Source: Curvularia clavata (taxonomy: Eukaryota). From it: a stretch of DNA of 64,000 bases. The first letter of the stretch is position 1, and the number at the start of each line of letters is the position of its first letter. The DNA lies in NCBI GenBank assembly GCA_023920165.1, contig CP089274.1, forward strand, positions 4,898,001-4,962,000. The letters run 5' to 3'. The notes under the pieces are model-generated. The model did not search any database and was not told the origin of the DNA. It was given only the letters and a program-made list of their open reading frames with translations. Positions 46,447-59,500 of the stretch are shown here, piece by piece. Made by a program: the position numbers and the translations under genes.

Positions 46447-49400
46447 TTTGGTCAAAAGAAGGTACGCGTATTACGGGTGAAACAACTTTTCATAGAAGAT
46501 GGATGCAGTATGCCAGAGTGGCGTGCTGTTCCTATGTGCAGTAAGCTGCGCTTTTGAATCAGAACACCCCCAAAAGATTGAAAACGGCCACAGAGATTTC
46601 TTGCATTATTCCAACTTTGGCCCCCCGATCTACCAATAGGTTTGATCAGTGGGGATCTGTTATCATCTGCAAGAGTGTGGCACATCTCGGATTCACTTAA
46701 ATTTGAAATCACGGCCCTCAACTCCAAGCCAATATATGACGATGACTTTGGGCCCATAATAAGCGCTCCAATCACGATATTCAAAGCTTACTCAAGCTTG
46801 ATCTTTCTACGTAAACGACCTTGAACAGGAAAGACTTTGCTGCCCAAGAGGCGAGCAAAACCGAAAGTTTCTGTTGCCTGATCAGTTGACTTTGGAAAGT
46901 TCGCTACTATTATTGACTTCTCTATTTAGCAATGTTCTCCACATGATAGAAAATCGAGCGCTTTCCGATTACAAAATCTGCTTTTACGTCATCTTGGCCC
47001 CATGCATTATCCTTATGAGGACCTGGAGTTGAAGACGGTGGTCAGCATCGGGAGTTGTCGTCCCGTAGGATCGATCCAGGTTATTCTGTTTTTGAATGAG
47101 GAATATATCACACTCTCTTTTCGGAAGGGTGTGAAAAGTTGCCGCGGAAGAGAATATGCTTGGCCATAAAGCAGCTTTTTAGTATGTTACAGGTTTTGCT
47201 GTCTCGTGAGCAATTTATCTTCCAGTGGCAAGGCTTTCTTTGAATTACATATGTTATGTATGTCTTTCTGCTAGCTCGGTTTGTGTTGGGCCGACATAAG
47301 CTGGGAAGTCCACATCAGCAGGGCGTTAGGCGGGCTATCTTACACGCAAGCCACTGTCGATACCCGCGGTTCAAATGATAGTATATGGGAGAGTAGAGTG
47401 GAGCGAGCCGTAGAATTTTGATGGTTATTCACCGGGGGTCCTAAGGGATAAACTTTCAAAATCGTCATCAAGAAAGTTTAATGTCGTTGTATTTCTACTG
47501 AGCGGGCTGCCTATTGGTGATTCTGGTCGATATTCAACGTGTGACCTCGTCGTAAGTCTTACCTAGCACCAATCATTTGCCCGTGTTACCTCAATCTTCA
47601 CAGATGTCAAATAGAAATCTGTAGTGAAATGTAGCACTCCTCCACACGTACTATACACTATCATCTTGTCGCTGATGCGAGATCAGTGGCCTTACAATAG
47701 ACTCTGATCTTTCATTATCTATTCACAGGTAGTCATCTTATACGAGCTGTCCCGTAAGCCCGGTCTCATCTCAGCCGCCCCATGCTACATATTTCGATGT
47801 GTTAAGAGCCAGCGGGTCGGATCCGCGCAACGGCACGCTGATCGCCCATGCGGTATGCTGCACTGAACACTAACATTGCAAAACATGTTATTTGCCAAGT
47901 TGGGAAACACCCGAGATTTCGGGACACTTGACAGACGGCTATCGGAACGTGGTTGCTGCCGGCTGGGACCTTCGGCGCGATACTCCTCGTCCAACGATGG
48001 AGACGGAAACTATCGCGCCCCAAACAGCTAAGATCGCTCAAGACGTGTTAGCGTAGTAGAAGATGGCGCAGCAGAATATGATGGTGTGCGAGAAGTGGGG
48101 TCGCGACTTACTCTTCATTCAGCAGGCGCTTACAATATGGGAATTTTAAGCGACTCTGCAGATTCGGCAGATGTGCTCGTCATACCCTCATGGTTTCTTT
48201 CTGTCCAAACTTGGGCCGGAATTATCACACGCAGACCGAATGCAGCCGGTATCTTGTCGCTGTCGACGCTGGATGGTGGACATTTTCGGGGATTGTCCGA
48301 AAGCTGCGAAAGCCCTTGCAAGCCACTTTTTTCGAATCCCGGTGTTCGCGTCTTTGCTGATCGTTCACACAGCCATGCTCCACATGGCCGGTTTGCTATT
48401 CAGCTGGCAGGACCCTGAGCCGGTGATAAGGTCTTTACCCGATCCCTTCATCCATCTTGGTAAGTATGATTCATTGTCGCCAAAACTACTCACTATCCTA
48501 GGTGGGATCGCCTACTAGAGCTGGAGGCCCCTTTGCCTTCATTAGCGCCCAGCATGCGACAGCCTGGCCATTTCTTAGTGAACTTCATGGGTGGCTTGAT
48601 GGCTTGAATGCAGCAAAGCCATGTGAACACTGTAAGCGCGGTCGGCGCGACAGAGATGTATTAGTAGGCACCCACACCAAGAATTATAAAGGTTGCATAC
48701 AAGAGGACATGCAGTAGCCCTAGACCATATACGTGCGCCCTCCGTTCGACAGCGGCAAGCCTTGGACTGGGAGCTCGTCCTTGACACATACTTGTGAGGG
48801 TGTTTGTGTTTGTCAATATAAATGAAATTGGATGAGCAGTAAATGGTGTGCTTGCATAGACTTTGCTCCATGTCAGCGTGGGCAGAAAAGGTTGCAGAGA
48901 TCCAGCGGTAGTTGTCATTGAAAAGGGTGGGGGCCGAATTGAACCCTGATCCGTTTGTAGGTGGCTACCCGCACAGCAGCCACAAGGGGTGTGGTCCTAC
49001 CCACCTTTACAAGGACAGGGAGCCTTTCATAGGCAGATGTAAAGTAGTTTTCATTGTGGCTTCGGAGCAAGGGCGGCTCCCAGAACAGTGTTAAGAGTGC
49101 TAGGGCCCAGTAGAGTAGGACCTGATAGCGATTCAGCTCCGTGGAGATATACCCAATTCATGTCACCAGTCTGTCCTAAATATTTTTCTTCACGTCAAAA
49201 TGCCATAGCTTCTACTGAGTACAGTATACCTGACGTCTTTATGCGGCATCCCTATTCCTAGGCAGACGGTACCAACAGCAAGTAAGGCATTCTCAGCACA
49301 GTCCTCAGATACTTGAACTAACGTAGCCACCACTCAAGCTTAACACCCTCTACGTCGTCGCCAATCCAGCCGAACTCTGCCTTACTAGCAGATTGCGATA

Positions 49401-50677
49401 CAGATACCTACCATGCGAAATCCACCCCTCTACCAAATCGCCATTATACTGCCTGCCCTGTTGCCGTAGTCCCTGGCATATGTAGGCCATCTGATGGACA
49501 TCTCGTATGGCATTCTCGGAGGACGTTGCGCCTCTGAGCGCTATCATCACCTCTGCCGCACGATCAACGCATACAAGGAACCGAGTCTCAAATCCCAATG
49601 ATACCATGCATGCGGAAAGAAGATGCCATCGGAGTAACTTGGCGATGATGAGTGCAATCTGTAGATGGCGAGGCGGAATCAAGGCTTTGCCCATGGGTTA
49701 ACGCGTACGTCATTTACTTGCAACGACATCGAGCATTTCGGTTGTTCCTCATCTTACTTACAGTAGCCTTTGGGTGCTGTCACAAAAAGGCATTCAGGGG
49801 AAGGTGAAGAAGGAGGACCAAATCGTGCGCTGGAGAAGACAAGGAGACGCTCAGCTGGCACGGAAAAGAAGTCTTGATGCAAGGACAGGGGATGAAAGGA
49901 AGTCCTGCACGATAATTTACATGGTTCTCGATAGTAAGAGGCCGTCAATAACAAGTATGTTTGCTCCAAAACAAAAACAACAGTCAGTTCTCAGATGTTC
50001 CTTTTCAAAGAGCCAGCCATACCCAGGGCTGATAAAGCGATGGAAATCAAAAAATTAATTTTACAAGATTATTCCTTCGAACATCCAAAGATGAGGAACT
50101 GATGGTTTGATACTGGCGGTTTCTTCACGGAGGCTAAGCCAAAAACAGTACTACATGCCTACCTTGTGACGGGCAAGCCTTACCCCTCGTCTCTCTAGTA
50201 GTGGAACATCTCTACTGTTTTACTGCAATTCCGTCGTAATCGTCGAAAATATCCGCGAAATTGCTCCAGTCCGTTACGAAGGCGTCGAGAGTGATCGGAA
50301 GCTGTGCTAAGGGGGTGTGGGCCCTGGTCCTCCAGTTAGTACGTACATATCCGGTTCTCACACCCATCATACCTCACCCACCCCAACACCGAGACCCAAC
50401 ACCCAGACTCAACTATCTACCTTCACCTTCGCTCTCCGAAACCAGGTGGTGGGTTCTGTTATTCGCCATCTAATCTGGTTGAATAACGGGGTTCCCCACT
50501 GCCCGCCCGCCTTCCTCTGTCAGTCACTTGGTCCTTCCAAGAGCACGAATCCCTAGCCAAAGGGGAAGTCGCTTCCCACGAAGCCCTACGTACTTTGATG
50601 TAAAGTCCTCCGAACACCTTGGGTCAATCGCAGACGCCAGGCAGGAACGACCTTTCGTTCTAGGTCAACAGCACACC

Positions 50678-51888
50678 ATGTCGCAGCCCGGTACTCGCCG
50701 CAGTGGAAGCCGCCTTCCAACCAACCACTCTCCTTCCCAAAGCCACACCACCCATCCAAGCAACAATCCAAGAGTTGGCTATGAATCCCAGTGTGGTATT
50801 TGTCCCGGCGCTTCAAGCAACCTTCTGACCAACCACTCTTCTGGTGCGGCCAAGCAGAATGCCCCTCATCAGCACCTACCCGATCAACAAAAGACAGGAC
50901 ACTGTCCTGATACTCTACGCAGTAGCTATGGCCAAGAAAATCCTATGGCCGACGCAAGCAGTGAACCAAATTGGGCGACAGGCCCCAATGAAGAAGCGTT
51001 GGAGACCTTTTCCGATAGACAATCCTATTTTGAGGAAGGACTCTCTGCACTGTTCCCTCAAGAGGTTTCTTCAGAGAGTTACCAAGAAAGCTTCTCCGAG
51101 ATTTGCCAAGAAGGCTTCTGTAAGTGTCGTCAAGAGGACTTCTCTGGGTGTTGTCAAGAGTGCTTCTTCGGGAGTCATCAAGAGTGCTTTTTTGGGAGTC
51201 ATCGAAAGTGCTTCTTCGATGGTCATCAAGAGCAGTCTTCCCAGGATAACTTCATGGATTCCGGAAAGCCTTTCATGCCAAGCTCTTCAGCACCAACAGG
51301 TTCAGAGCTACACGCAGATCCTTGGTCAGAATTCAACCAGAGACGTAGTAAAGATCTCGAGTTCCATTTCCAAGGCATTCAGAATTCGGTTCTTGATAAA
51401 ATTCCGACGAATGCCATGAACATCGACCATCCTTTTCCTGGTTCTGACCCAGTTTGGTTGGAATTGAACCAAGAAGTCAACCAAAACGCCCGTGGGTCTT
51501 CACAAGACGACCAAGAGCTTGGCATCCGGCGTGGAGGCAGACAGGCCGGTGAACGTACAGAAAGTCCGGCGGCACAGTAAGCGAAGTACCGATGTTAGTG
51601 ATATAGGCCGCTAATGAAAACAGATCAGCCAACGATTCCCCTAGTCCTTCTGCTTCGATAACGACAACGGTGACGACGACGTCAACCCCCTCTATAAGGT
51701 GCCCTGAATGCAGTAGACGGTTCAAGGGGAAACATCGAAAAGGAAACTTGGGTAGACACAAGCGCCATGCTCACGTAACTGATCGTCAGCCTCTCAAATG
51801 CGAATATGGGTGCGAAAACTCGTACACGCGTACGGACGCACGTCGAAAACACTACAAAAACTGCCCTCGAAAAAACATTCAGGAGTAG
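50678..51888 (+). CDS. C2H2/C2HC zinc-finger transcription factor, paralog C
   Basis: ATG 50678 (alternative 50945); intron 51577-51623 (GTAAGC...GCTAAT...CAG) joins in frame to CPECSRRFKGKHRKGNLGRHKRHAH...CEYGCENSYTRTDARRKHYKNC. Confidence 0.8.
51057..51248 (+). repeat. Coding minisatellite: about 8 diverged 24-bp units (8 aa each) inside paralog C
   Basis: Units such as gtcaagagtgcttcttcgggagtc / atcaagagtgcttttttgggagtc / atcgaaagtgcttcttcgatggtc. Protein reads PQEVSSES YQESFSEI CQEGFCKC RQEDFSGC CQECFFGS HQECFFGS HRKCFFDG HQEQSSQD. Confidence 0.9.
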
Positions 51889-53092
51889 TCCTGTTGTAAT
51901 TCTGAATCGGCCAATCCTTGACTGGTCTCGACGACAGTATTCGATACGAGGCAACTACATGGCTTTGAAACGCTACCGTTTGCTCCATCACACTTAGCTG
52001 TAGTTACCACCCCCCTCTCCAAATCAAGATACCTTGGTCGAAACCAGTACCTTGCGGCAGGCACCGTAATCCCAGTAAACGGCTACTCTCATGGTGCCGC
52101 TCTTGCTTATGACAACATACTGACGCCGCCCGCGACGACGACGCTATACCTACGACCACACCGGCAACGATATACTCTTACCTTACGACCAAAATAAGAA
52201 AAAGAAATGTGGTTTCGAGTTCAGAAATTAACGTTGTCCAAAAAGCAACACCAGATTACATCGACACATACAAAAAAAGGACCAATAAAACTACAAAACC
52301 GACTAAAAATTGCTTTTGTCGCTTTCCCATTTTTCACAGGTTGATGTGCATTTACTCCCTGTATCGCCAACATGGCCCGTTCTTCTCTCTTGCGCTTTTT
52401 CTACTACCTGTGTTGTCACCTTCGACTATCTCCTTTGTACTTGGATCTTCTGGCGTTTAGCAACGGTGTTGGGTTGGTGATACGTTCAACGGCGCACATG
52501 CGAAATGATGGACACGACATAGCGACAGCGTTAAGGGCGTACATGCAAAATTGTTTTTTTTTGAATTTTGACATTTCATGGGAAGACAGGTAAGATCATC
52601 GAGGTCATATACCCCAAAAGTACATAGCTAGACTTTTAGCTCGCGCTTTCCTTCGGTGTATTTGGCTTGGGGCTGGTCTTGATGGATGAGATACGAGTTT
52701 TATGATGGATGCAAGTCGTGGTATTTTACGATTCTTGTACATAGTTTCTATATCAATTGGTTATGTTTGGTGTTGTTTGTGACGAACAGAACTCTTGTGA
52801 TGTGGCTTGTCATTTTGAGTTTGTGGCTCTATCGCGCACTTGCCTAAGAACAGTGAGCCCCGTGGGTCTCCAAATACCCTCTCGTAGGCTCATCAGTATG
52901 GACGTAAGACATAGTCAGTATACGATGGCGAGAAGACGTATTGCGATAGCTGCATTTGCACTTGACTTGAACATGATATCAGAATGAGAATTTCGCTCTT
53001 GCATGCTCTTCACTTAAAGAACACTGTGTCTGATTGATATCACCACTCCTTCACTCAGTCTAATTATTTTCCTCGAGCTCTGAAGAGCATGG

Positions 53093-54330
53093 TCAGAGCA
53101 TGCCAGGATTGCCAGTTCTTCTAGATGACTTGCTGCTGTGCACAAACCTACCCAGGTCCTGCATAACGCTACGACCAGCCATTGGCTGTCGAATCACTGG
53201 TGAGTGCTGAAAAGACGTTGGTACCTGGTTTAGATATGGGTTCTGGCGTGTCCCACCAAGAACTGGGAGGCAACCCCTGCGAGACTGGGAAGGGGTATCG
53301 ATTGGATCTGGTTCTTTACATGATCAGTTCAAGTTTTCGGGCCAGCACACTTGTCTATAAGAATACAACTAGTATGATGAAGGACTTACGATCAGCATGG
53401 ACTCTGCTACCCAGACCCCGTGCGTGCGAATGCGAATGGAAAGAAGGGCCAGCATGAACACCACCTGGTTGTCGCCCGCTACTACCAGAACTGCGGCTAA
53501 TAATCCTTTTATGCGACCTTTTGCCTGAGTGCTGCGTCGTGCCCATTTGACTGAAATTAACAGTGCCAGACCGAGCGCCGGGAAAGCGGTCGATAAAACG
53601 ATCCCCACGGGCTGAATGTAGCGTGTGCTCTGCTTCATCACCGGCAGCATGAGCAACATGGGAAGCCATGACTTGTGCTTTGAGTGCCTGATAGAGTTGC
53701 TGCGTCCTTTGGTGGGCTCTGGTCTTTTCCTTAAAGGCTTCCGCAAATCCATGATTCTTGGACTCAAGCTCTGCAAGCTCTGCTTGCATAGCTAGGGACT
53801 TTAGCTTCAAAGTCTATGGAGCAGGTGAGAATGTAACATACCTTGCATCTTGTCTTGGAGTGCCTTGATCTGCGCGTTCGCATCGTGAATGAGCTGGTCC
53901 ATCTGCTGGTTTAGCGTATTATATTTTTCAGTAAGACCCTTTGCGAGATGCTCCTGATAGATGATCTCTTGGGATGTTTGGTAACCATGAAAGGCCAAGC
54001 TACGGCTTGCACACTCCATGATGATTGTTGGACTGAGCCCACTCAATACAGAAGTTTTATAATCTTCTGATGGATTGAGACCTGCATTGACCACATCGTC
54101 CGGATTGTGAAGCGGTGCGTCGCACGCTGGACAGACTCGCTGCGCATTTGTAGATCGCGACAAACCAGTAGCGTCGGCACAGCTGGTGCAGAAAACATGA
54201 CTACATGTTTGTTAGGAATCGTAGCCCAGTAAGAAAAGGCGAGACAAGCAAACCTGCAGGTAGTGACAACGGCACGATCATGCAGCTGCGCACGACATTT
54301 CAAGTCGTTGCAGCGCAATACGTGCTCCAT
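53093..54330 (-). CDS. HEI10: HEI10/CCNB1IP1 meiotic RING E3 ligase (pro-crossover factor)
   Basis: ATG 54330; introns 54253-54201, 53841-53792 and 53389-~53310. LRCNDLKCR...AVVTTCSHVFCTSC...CPAC RING; LNPSEDYKTSVLSGLSPTIIMECASRSLAF; coiled coil. The last exon is less certain. Confidence 0.88.
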
Positions 54331-54555
54331 TTTTGACGTGATAGATGTCTGGATAGTTTTGGGCGTTGATAGTAAGGAAAGCGTGATACAAACGCGAAAG
54401 CACGTGACCGGCTCTTTGAAGCAAGAGCAACCAAGTATGGATGTGACTGTGTGGAAATCTGATTTTCATTATGAATCGTGGTGTGGTATCTTGCAGCGCA
54501 TCAACAATCAACAGCAATTGAAAAAAAAAAGACAATCGTTCCTCTGTGTTCCAGA

Positions 54556-56052
54556 TCATCGATCGTCTTTGTCAGGCTTTCGCCGTTGCCTCGTGCTCTT
54601 CTTCCCAGCTACCGCCGTTTCGTCTTCTTCCTCGTCACGGCCCTTGGCCAGATCTTGGTCGAGGCCCCATTCTTCATTGTCATACCAATCCTCACCATCG
54701 CTCATCTCTCCTACATGACCTTCTGCTTTGGACCACTTGAAGACTTCGTGCCTCATACGATCAGCTTGCAGCAAACCGTGATAGAGGTCTGACGTGATAC
54801 GGGCCACTTCCTCTTGCTTTTGCACATATGCCATGAGGAGCATTCGTGTTTCTTCTGCCTCGTTTGGTGGAAGGCCAAAATCACGATCTGGCAACGATTC
54901 TGTGGGGTGTATGAAGAGCGGATGTATCGCGTTAACATGGCTTGAAGGCGAATGTGGTGGAGAAGGAGTCGAGGCTGCGTGCGCTCGAGCCCGTGTGCGT
55001 GTCGTCATTCTGTGCGCTGTTTGCTGTGATGCTGTATCAGACATGTCTTCAGCCATGGAAGAATGGTCTCCTTGGCCGTTCTTATGAAGCTCATCTGCTT
55101 CTCCGGTATGTGTTCCATTTGTCATAGAATCAGTTCCATTGACAAGCCCTGATCCGGCATCGCCGTTGGCATCACTCGGTCGCTGCGTTCCGTTCGGCTG
55201 TGCGACATCCTCCATGTTCACATCTTGTGCAGGCTCCTCCGCCTCCCGTATTTCGGTGTCGTGTGTCTGTTGTTCTTCTGGTCCCTCAGAGCGCCCGTTT
55301 TGGATTTTTGAGCGTGATGGCTGAAACGGTGTATCAGTCATCGCTGCCAGAGCAGCAGGTGCAAACAATGAATCTCCTTGCAGTTTCACAAACAGATTCT
55401 TGGCCCGCGCATTTGTGATCTGTTCCTTTCGCGACAGGGCTCCAGCTTCATTCGCAAGGTCGGTCAGGTGTCTCGAAGTGTACGCAACATTCAAGGCGGG
55501 ATGGTTTGGTAGGTCGGCGGCAGAGGTCAGTGGCGCAAGAAGGTCTGCAACTCAGTCAGCTCATGATGCGCAGCACATCCGTGCATATGGGTACATACGC
55601 TCTAGCTGTATATTTCCATAAGGATTCTCTTCTACCGGCTCCACGTCGTCCTCATCTTCGTATTCGTCGTCGACTTCGACTATGTCACCGTCGGCGTCAT
55701 ATCGCGGAGGATTGCGCTGTAAAATATATCGGTGGTAACCGGCGTGCTCAATGCGCTACGAGGGGTCAGCGTACTGTTTCGCGCAAAGGCGATGGAAGCG
55801 AAATCAGACCTTCTTGTAAGGACGCGGGTCTGCGAGAAAGTCGGGATCGCTTGCGCGCGCGTAGTGCACTTTGCGCCGTAGGTCCTGCTTGTTGCTGCCG
55901 ATGGCGGTTTCGGAATCTTCTGTATCGGCTGGCGAGGAGGGTCAGAACAACTGAAACAGAGGCAACCCGATATCCTTACAGTCGTCCTTTCGCAGCATCT
56001 TCCTCTTCATATTGAAGATGGTGTCAAGGATTTGCTGCTGTTGGCCTGCCAT
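54556..56052 (-). CDS. RXT2: RXT2-like subunit of the Rpd3L/Sin3 histone deacetylase complex
   Basis: ATG 56052; three short introns between about 55.98 and 55.54 kb. Spliced RIEHAGYHRYILQRNPPRYD, ENPYGNIQLE, LLAPLTSAADLPNHP; C-terminal PPNEAEETRMLLMAYVQKQEE and WSKAEGHVGEMSDGEDWYD. Confidence 0.82.
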
Positions 56053-56547
56053 GGCGCCGACAGCCTCTGAGCAGCGCAATAGGAAAGTGGGTGAACAAGG
56101 GCTGGGAGCGCGTCTCTAGCAAAAGGGTACACGCGCTTTGGCGTCTATGAGAAGCAGAGGGTGAAAATACACGTGGACTGAAAGGCAGATTCTTGGTAGA
56201 AGCTGTTCACGAAGCTTGTGCCTGGGTGGAGGAATCATGCAACGGAGAGACGGCCAGACAAGGGTTCACCTAGCGCATGGATGGATCCCGCCCGCAACCA
56301 TGCCGACCACCGATGACATCGCCCGCCAACAATCTCTCGTGGACATGCAAGGGTCCAGCAAACCACGACTCGACGAACAAGACAGCAGATCAAGGCCAGG
56401 ACGAGACTGACGAGCAATTGACCGCCTATTACGCCATCCACCAAACCCTACCGTACGACCCCTCGGCCCCTCCTCCACTTGGCCTCCAGCTCACCTTTCA
56501 AGCTGCCTTGGTTCCTTGGGCATGGGGTGGTGACTTGGGCCTAGAGA

Positions 56548-59500
56548 ATGGAGGCCTTTCCTTCCGACTTTGTAGTCCACAACCTACCTCTGATAGTCCT
56601 CTCTGGTCTAGCCACGAGTAAAGAGGTCGATCCGCCTCCACCGGTCCATCATGTGCTTCCTGGCCAGAATGTCACATACATCAACTCGGACATAGCGTCC
56701 GTCGAAGGCGAACGCGCTAAAGAGCTACTCGATGAGTTTCTGCGTTCAGATGCAACCAATGCGCCGTGGAATCCACGAGGGCTCAGTCGCAGAGGCGTCA
56801 CATATGGTTTTAGGATGCGGAGCGTAGGAAGGGTACGGGCGCCCGCATACACACATGGCAAAGGCGCGACGGGCTGATGTCTGCTAGAACTTCCAGCTGC
56901 CCCCACACCAGGCAGATGCGCCCTCTCACTCCGAGGCAACGCCTCCAGGTAGTCCCACCATCGCTCCATCGACGTCGTGGATCCTGCATTCGCCTATATC
57001 CCCTCTTTCGCCCGGAGCCCCATCTTTCCCAGATGGTATCATTCCTCCTGCCTGGGTTGCAAAGCACCAGCACTATGTGCCTGCCGTATTCATCTCCTTT
57101 TTCAATTTCACCACCGATCCAATCACGAACAGCTTGCATGACAACCAGCTGAAGACGGAGATCAACAAGATCAAAGGCCAGATACAGAAATCTGACTACC
57201 GCACAAAATTCGTAGTTGTGCTGTTGAGCGACAAGACAATACTGGAAGCACCAGATATTGAGGAAAGGCTTGGCAACATCCGCCGCGCGACTGGGCTGGA
57301 TCCGAAGAATTCACTCTTCTTCTTGCCCCCGAGAACGTCAAGAGTTGAGCTAGAAGCCTTTGTCGCCTCAGTCCTCGCCATACTGCATCCTATTTGCGTA
57401 GAATACTATCGCGACCTCACAAAGCATGCGCGAAGAAAGAAGAATCGAGGTACTATCCCTCCTCCCACAGCCCCTCCTACACGTGGGACATCCCAGACAC
57501 TCTCGTACCCTGGTTGGGGTGTTCGCTATGACTTCAAGTTAGCCGTCTTTGCCGAGTTTCGTCAAGAGATGGACGCCGCGCAACGACACTACAATGCTGC
57601 ATTGGAAGCTTTGTTTGGAGCAGAAGGTCTGTTTGAAACCACAGCGAGTTGGTCACCAAGATGGGATGAGATACGCTTGCTGTCAGACATCATCGCCCTG
57701 CGGCATATTCGCTGTCAGCTCTGGAACAACTACCCTACATCTGCTGTGCAAACATGGCTGCGGTACAAGTACAAACTACAGGATGTTTTAGACCGTCGAG
57801 GAAAGGGTACTGCAAACTACGGTTGGCAAGCATGGGAGTCGAGGTGGGCCCACATAATGGCAGAAATCGTTCAGCGATCAGAATTGCCTGTCTTCAAAAC
57901 AACAGACCTAAAGTCAGATCCAGATCCTCTGACAGAGAACACAATCTCACTGTATTCGGAACCTGAGAAGCAGTTCCCTGTAGGGGAAAGGCTGCCCCCG
58001 TGGGAGCTGCTCCACCATGCTGGTTACTGGCACAAACTCGCCAGTGATCATGCTAAGAGGCGTTATATCCTAGCGCGGGAAATGCCTGAAGAAGACCGGA
58101 CGCCACCGGGCATGTCTCCTGCGGCAAAAGTGTCATCGCGGAGTCAGATCTACGATTATTATCTCGTTCCCCAGCCGCATGAAGAGTACCCTTTACCTAA
58201 TGTTGGTGGGAGTGGCTTTGAACACTGGAAAGACATTTCTTCCAAGCTGAACGATGCGATTGCACAATTCAAAGCCAGGGGACAGCACCGTAAAGTAGAC
58301 CAGCTGCAACTAGAGGTGGCTCGGACACTATTACACGTTAGCAGGTTCGACGACGCTTTCAAGGTACTACGTCCGCTATGGGAGACCATGTCTTGGAGGA
58401 AAGAAAGGTGGTGGAACCTCGCTTCCGAGGTAGTGTGGGCCCTGCATGAGTGTGCCTTGAGGGTACAAGACCTTGAGACTTACGTTGCCACCGAATGGGA
58501 GTTGTACAGTCGAAGTTAGTATCACAACATATTTGTCTTATGAGTCTCGCTAATTTAACCCAGCAATTCCTGGCAAGACAAAGTACAAATACGATCTGAT
58601 GACATGCTTAGATTCCTTCACAAAATCTGCAGACAGCAAAGTTACAGTAAATCTAAACGCCAAGGAGCACATATCCTGTCGTAAGTTTGACCAACTTTAT
58701 TGCTGAAGCAAATGTTGACGAAGCAGTATCTGTATCTTTTGCTTTCTCTGAAGCCGAGGGTAACGTTGGTGAACCGCTGCAATCACAGATTGCAATCACC
58801 TCAAACGCTCGCCCAGGATCCGCCCCCATTACCCTGTCGTTTTTGCAATACCAATTCAGTGGCGGCTTAGCCGAAGTCCGTTTGACACATGAGGGCGAAG
58901 AGGCCTCTGATAATACCTCCAAGATGTACTCGTGTACTCTAGAGGAAGCCCAGTCAGCTACCGGAAAACCGCAGTGGACAGGAGCTTCTGACTTAGTGCT
59001 ACATGCTGGTCAGACCAAGGTCTACAGCTTGCCACTCATTTTCCGTGAGTCTGGCGACGTCGACGTTACCGCTTGCACATTTGGGGTCAGCACCGAGCGA
59101 TTCGATCTCGTCTGTTCAGATTCAGAGCCCGAGATACCAACTCACCCACTGTGGTGGATCAAGTCAAGCACAAAGATCAAGTCTAAACTGCTGAAGCACG
59201 GCTCAGGTGTGTCAATACACATACTGCCTAAACCACCAAAAATGGAAATCAACCTGCCAGACATTCGAGATCAATACTACACCGACGAGTCAGTCACTTT
59301 AGCGATTGAGATAGTCAATCAAGAAGAAGAGGACACGGAAGCTGTTCTCGAGGTTCGACTCCTCGGTCGCTCAAAGGATTCTCTCAGCTACACTTGGGTT
59401 GACCGCCCAGCTTCCTCACCGATGAAGGAAGTTCCACCGGCGCTTGACGGCTCAACTGATGTGGATCTTCCAGGGCATGTTGTAGGCAAACTCGCTCAAG

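Noticed and set aside
49350..49694. Minus-strand ORF with VCVDRAAEVMIALRGATSSENAIRD, reminiscent of the class 3 lipase lid region
   Set aside because: No GHSLG nucleophile motif or other lipase features seen nearby; probably coincidence. A blastx search would settle it.
51057..51248. 24-bp periodic array considered as CRISPR-like
   Set aside because: Contiguous units with no unique spacers, in frame within a eukaryotic CDS, and no cas genes.
50844..51419. 191-aa alternative-frame ORF over paralog C
   Set aside because: Openness is largely explained by the 24-bp repeat, and only the other frame splices to the zinc fingers.
52140..52195. TACGACCA repeats resembling the 5' end of fungal 5S rRNA
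   Set aside because: Downstream sequence lacks the 5S internal control region and the closing stem.
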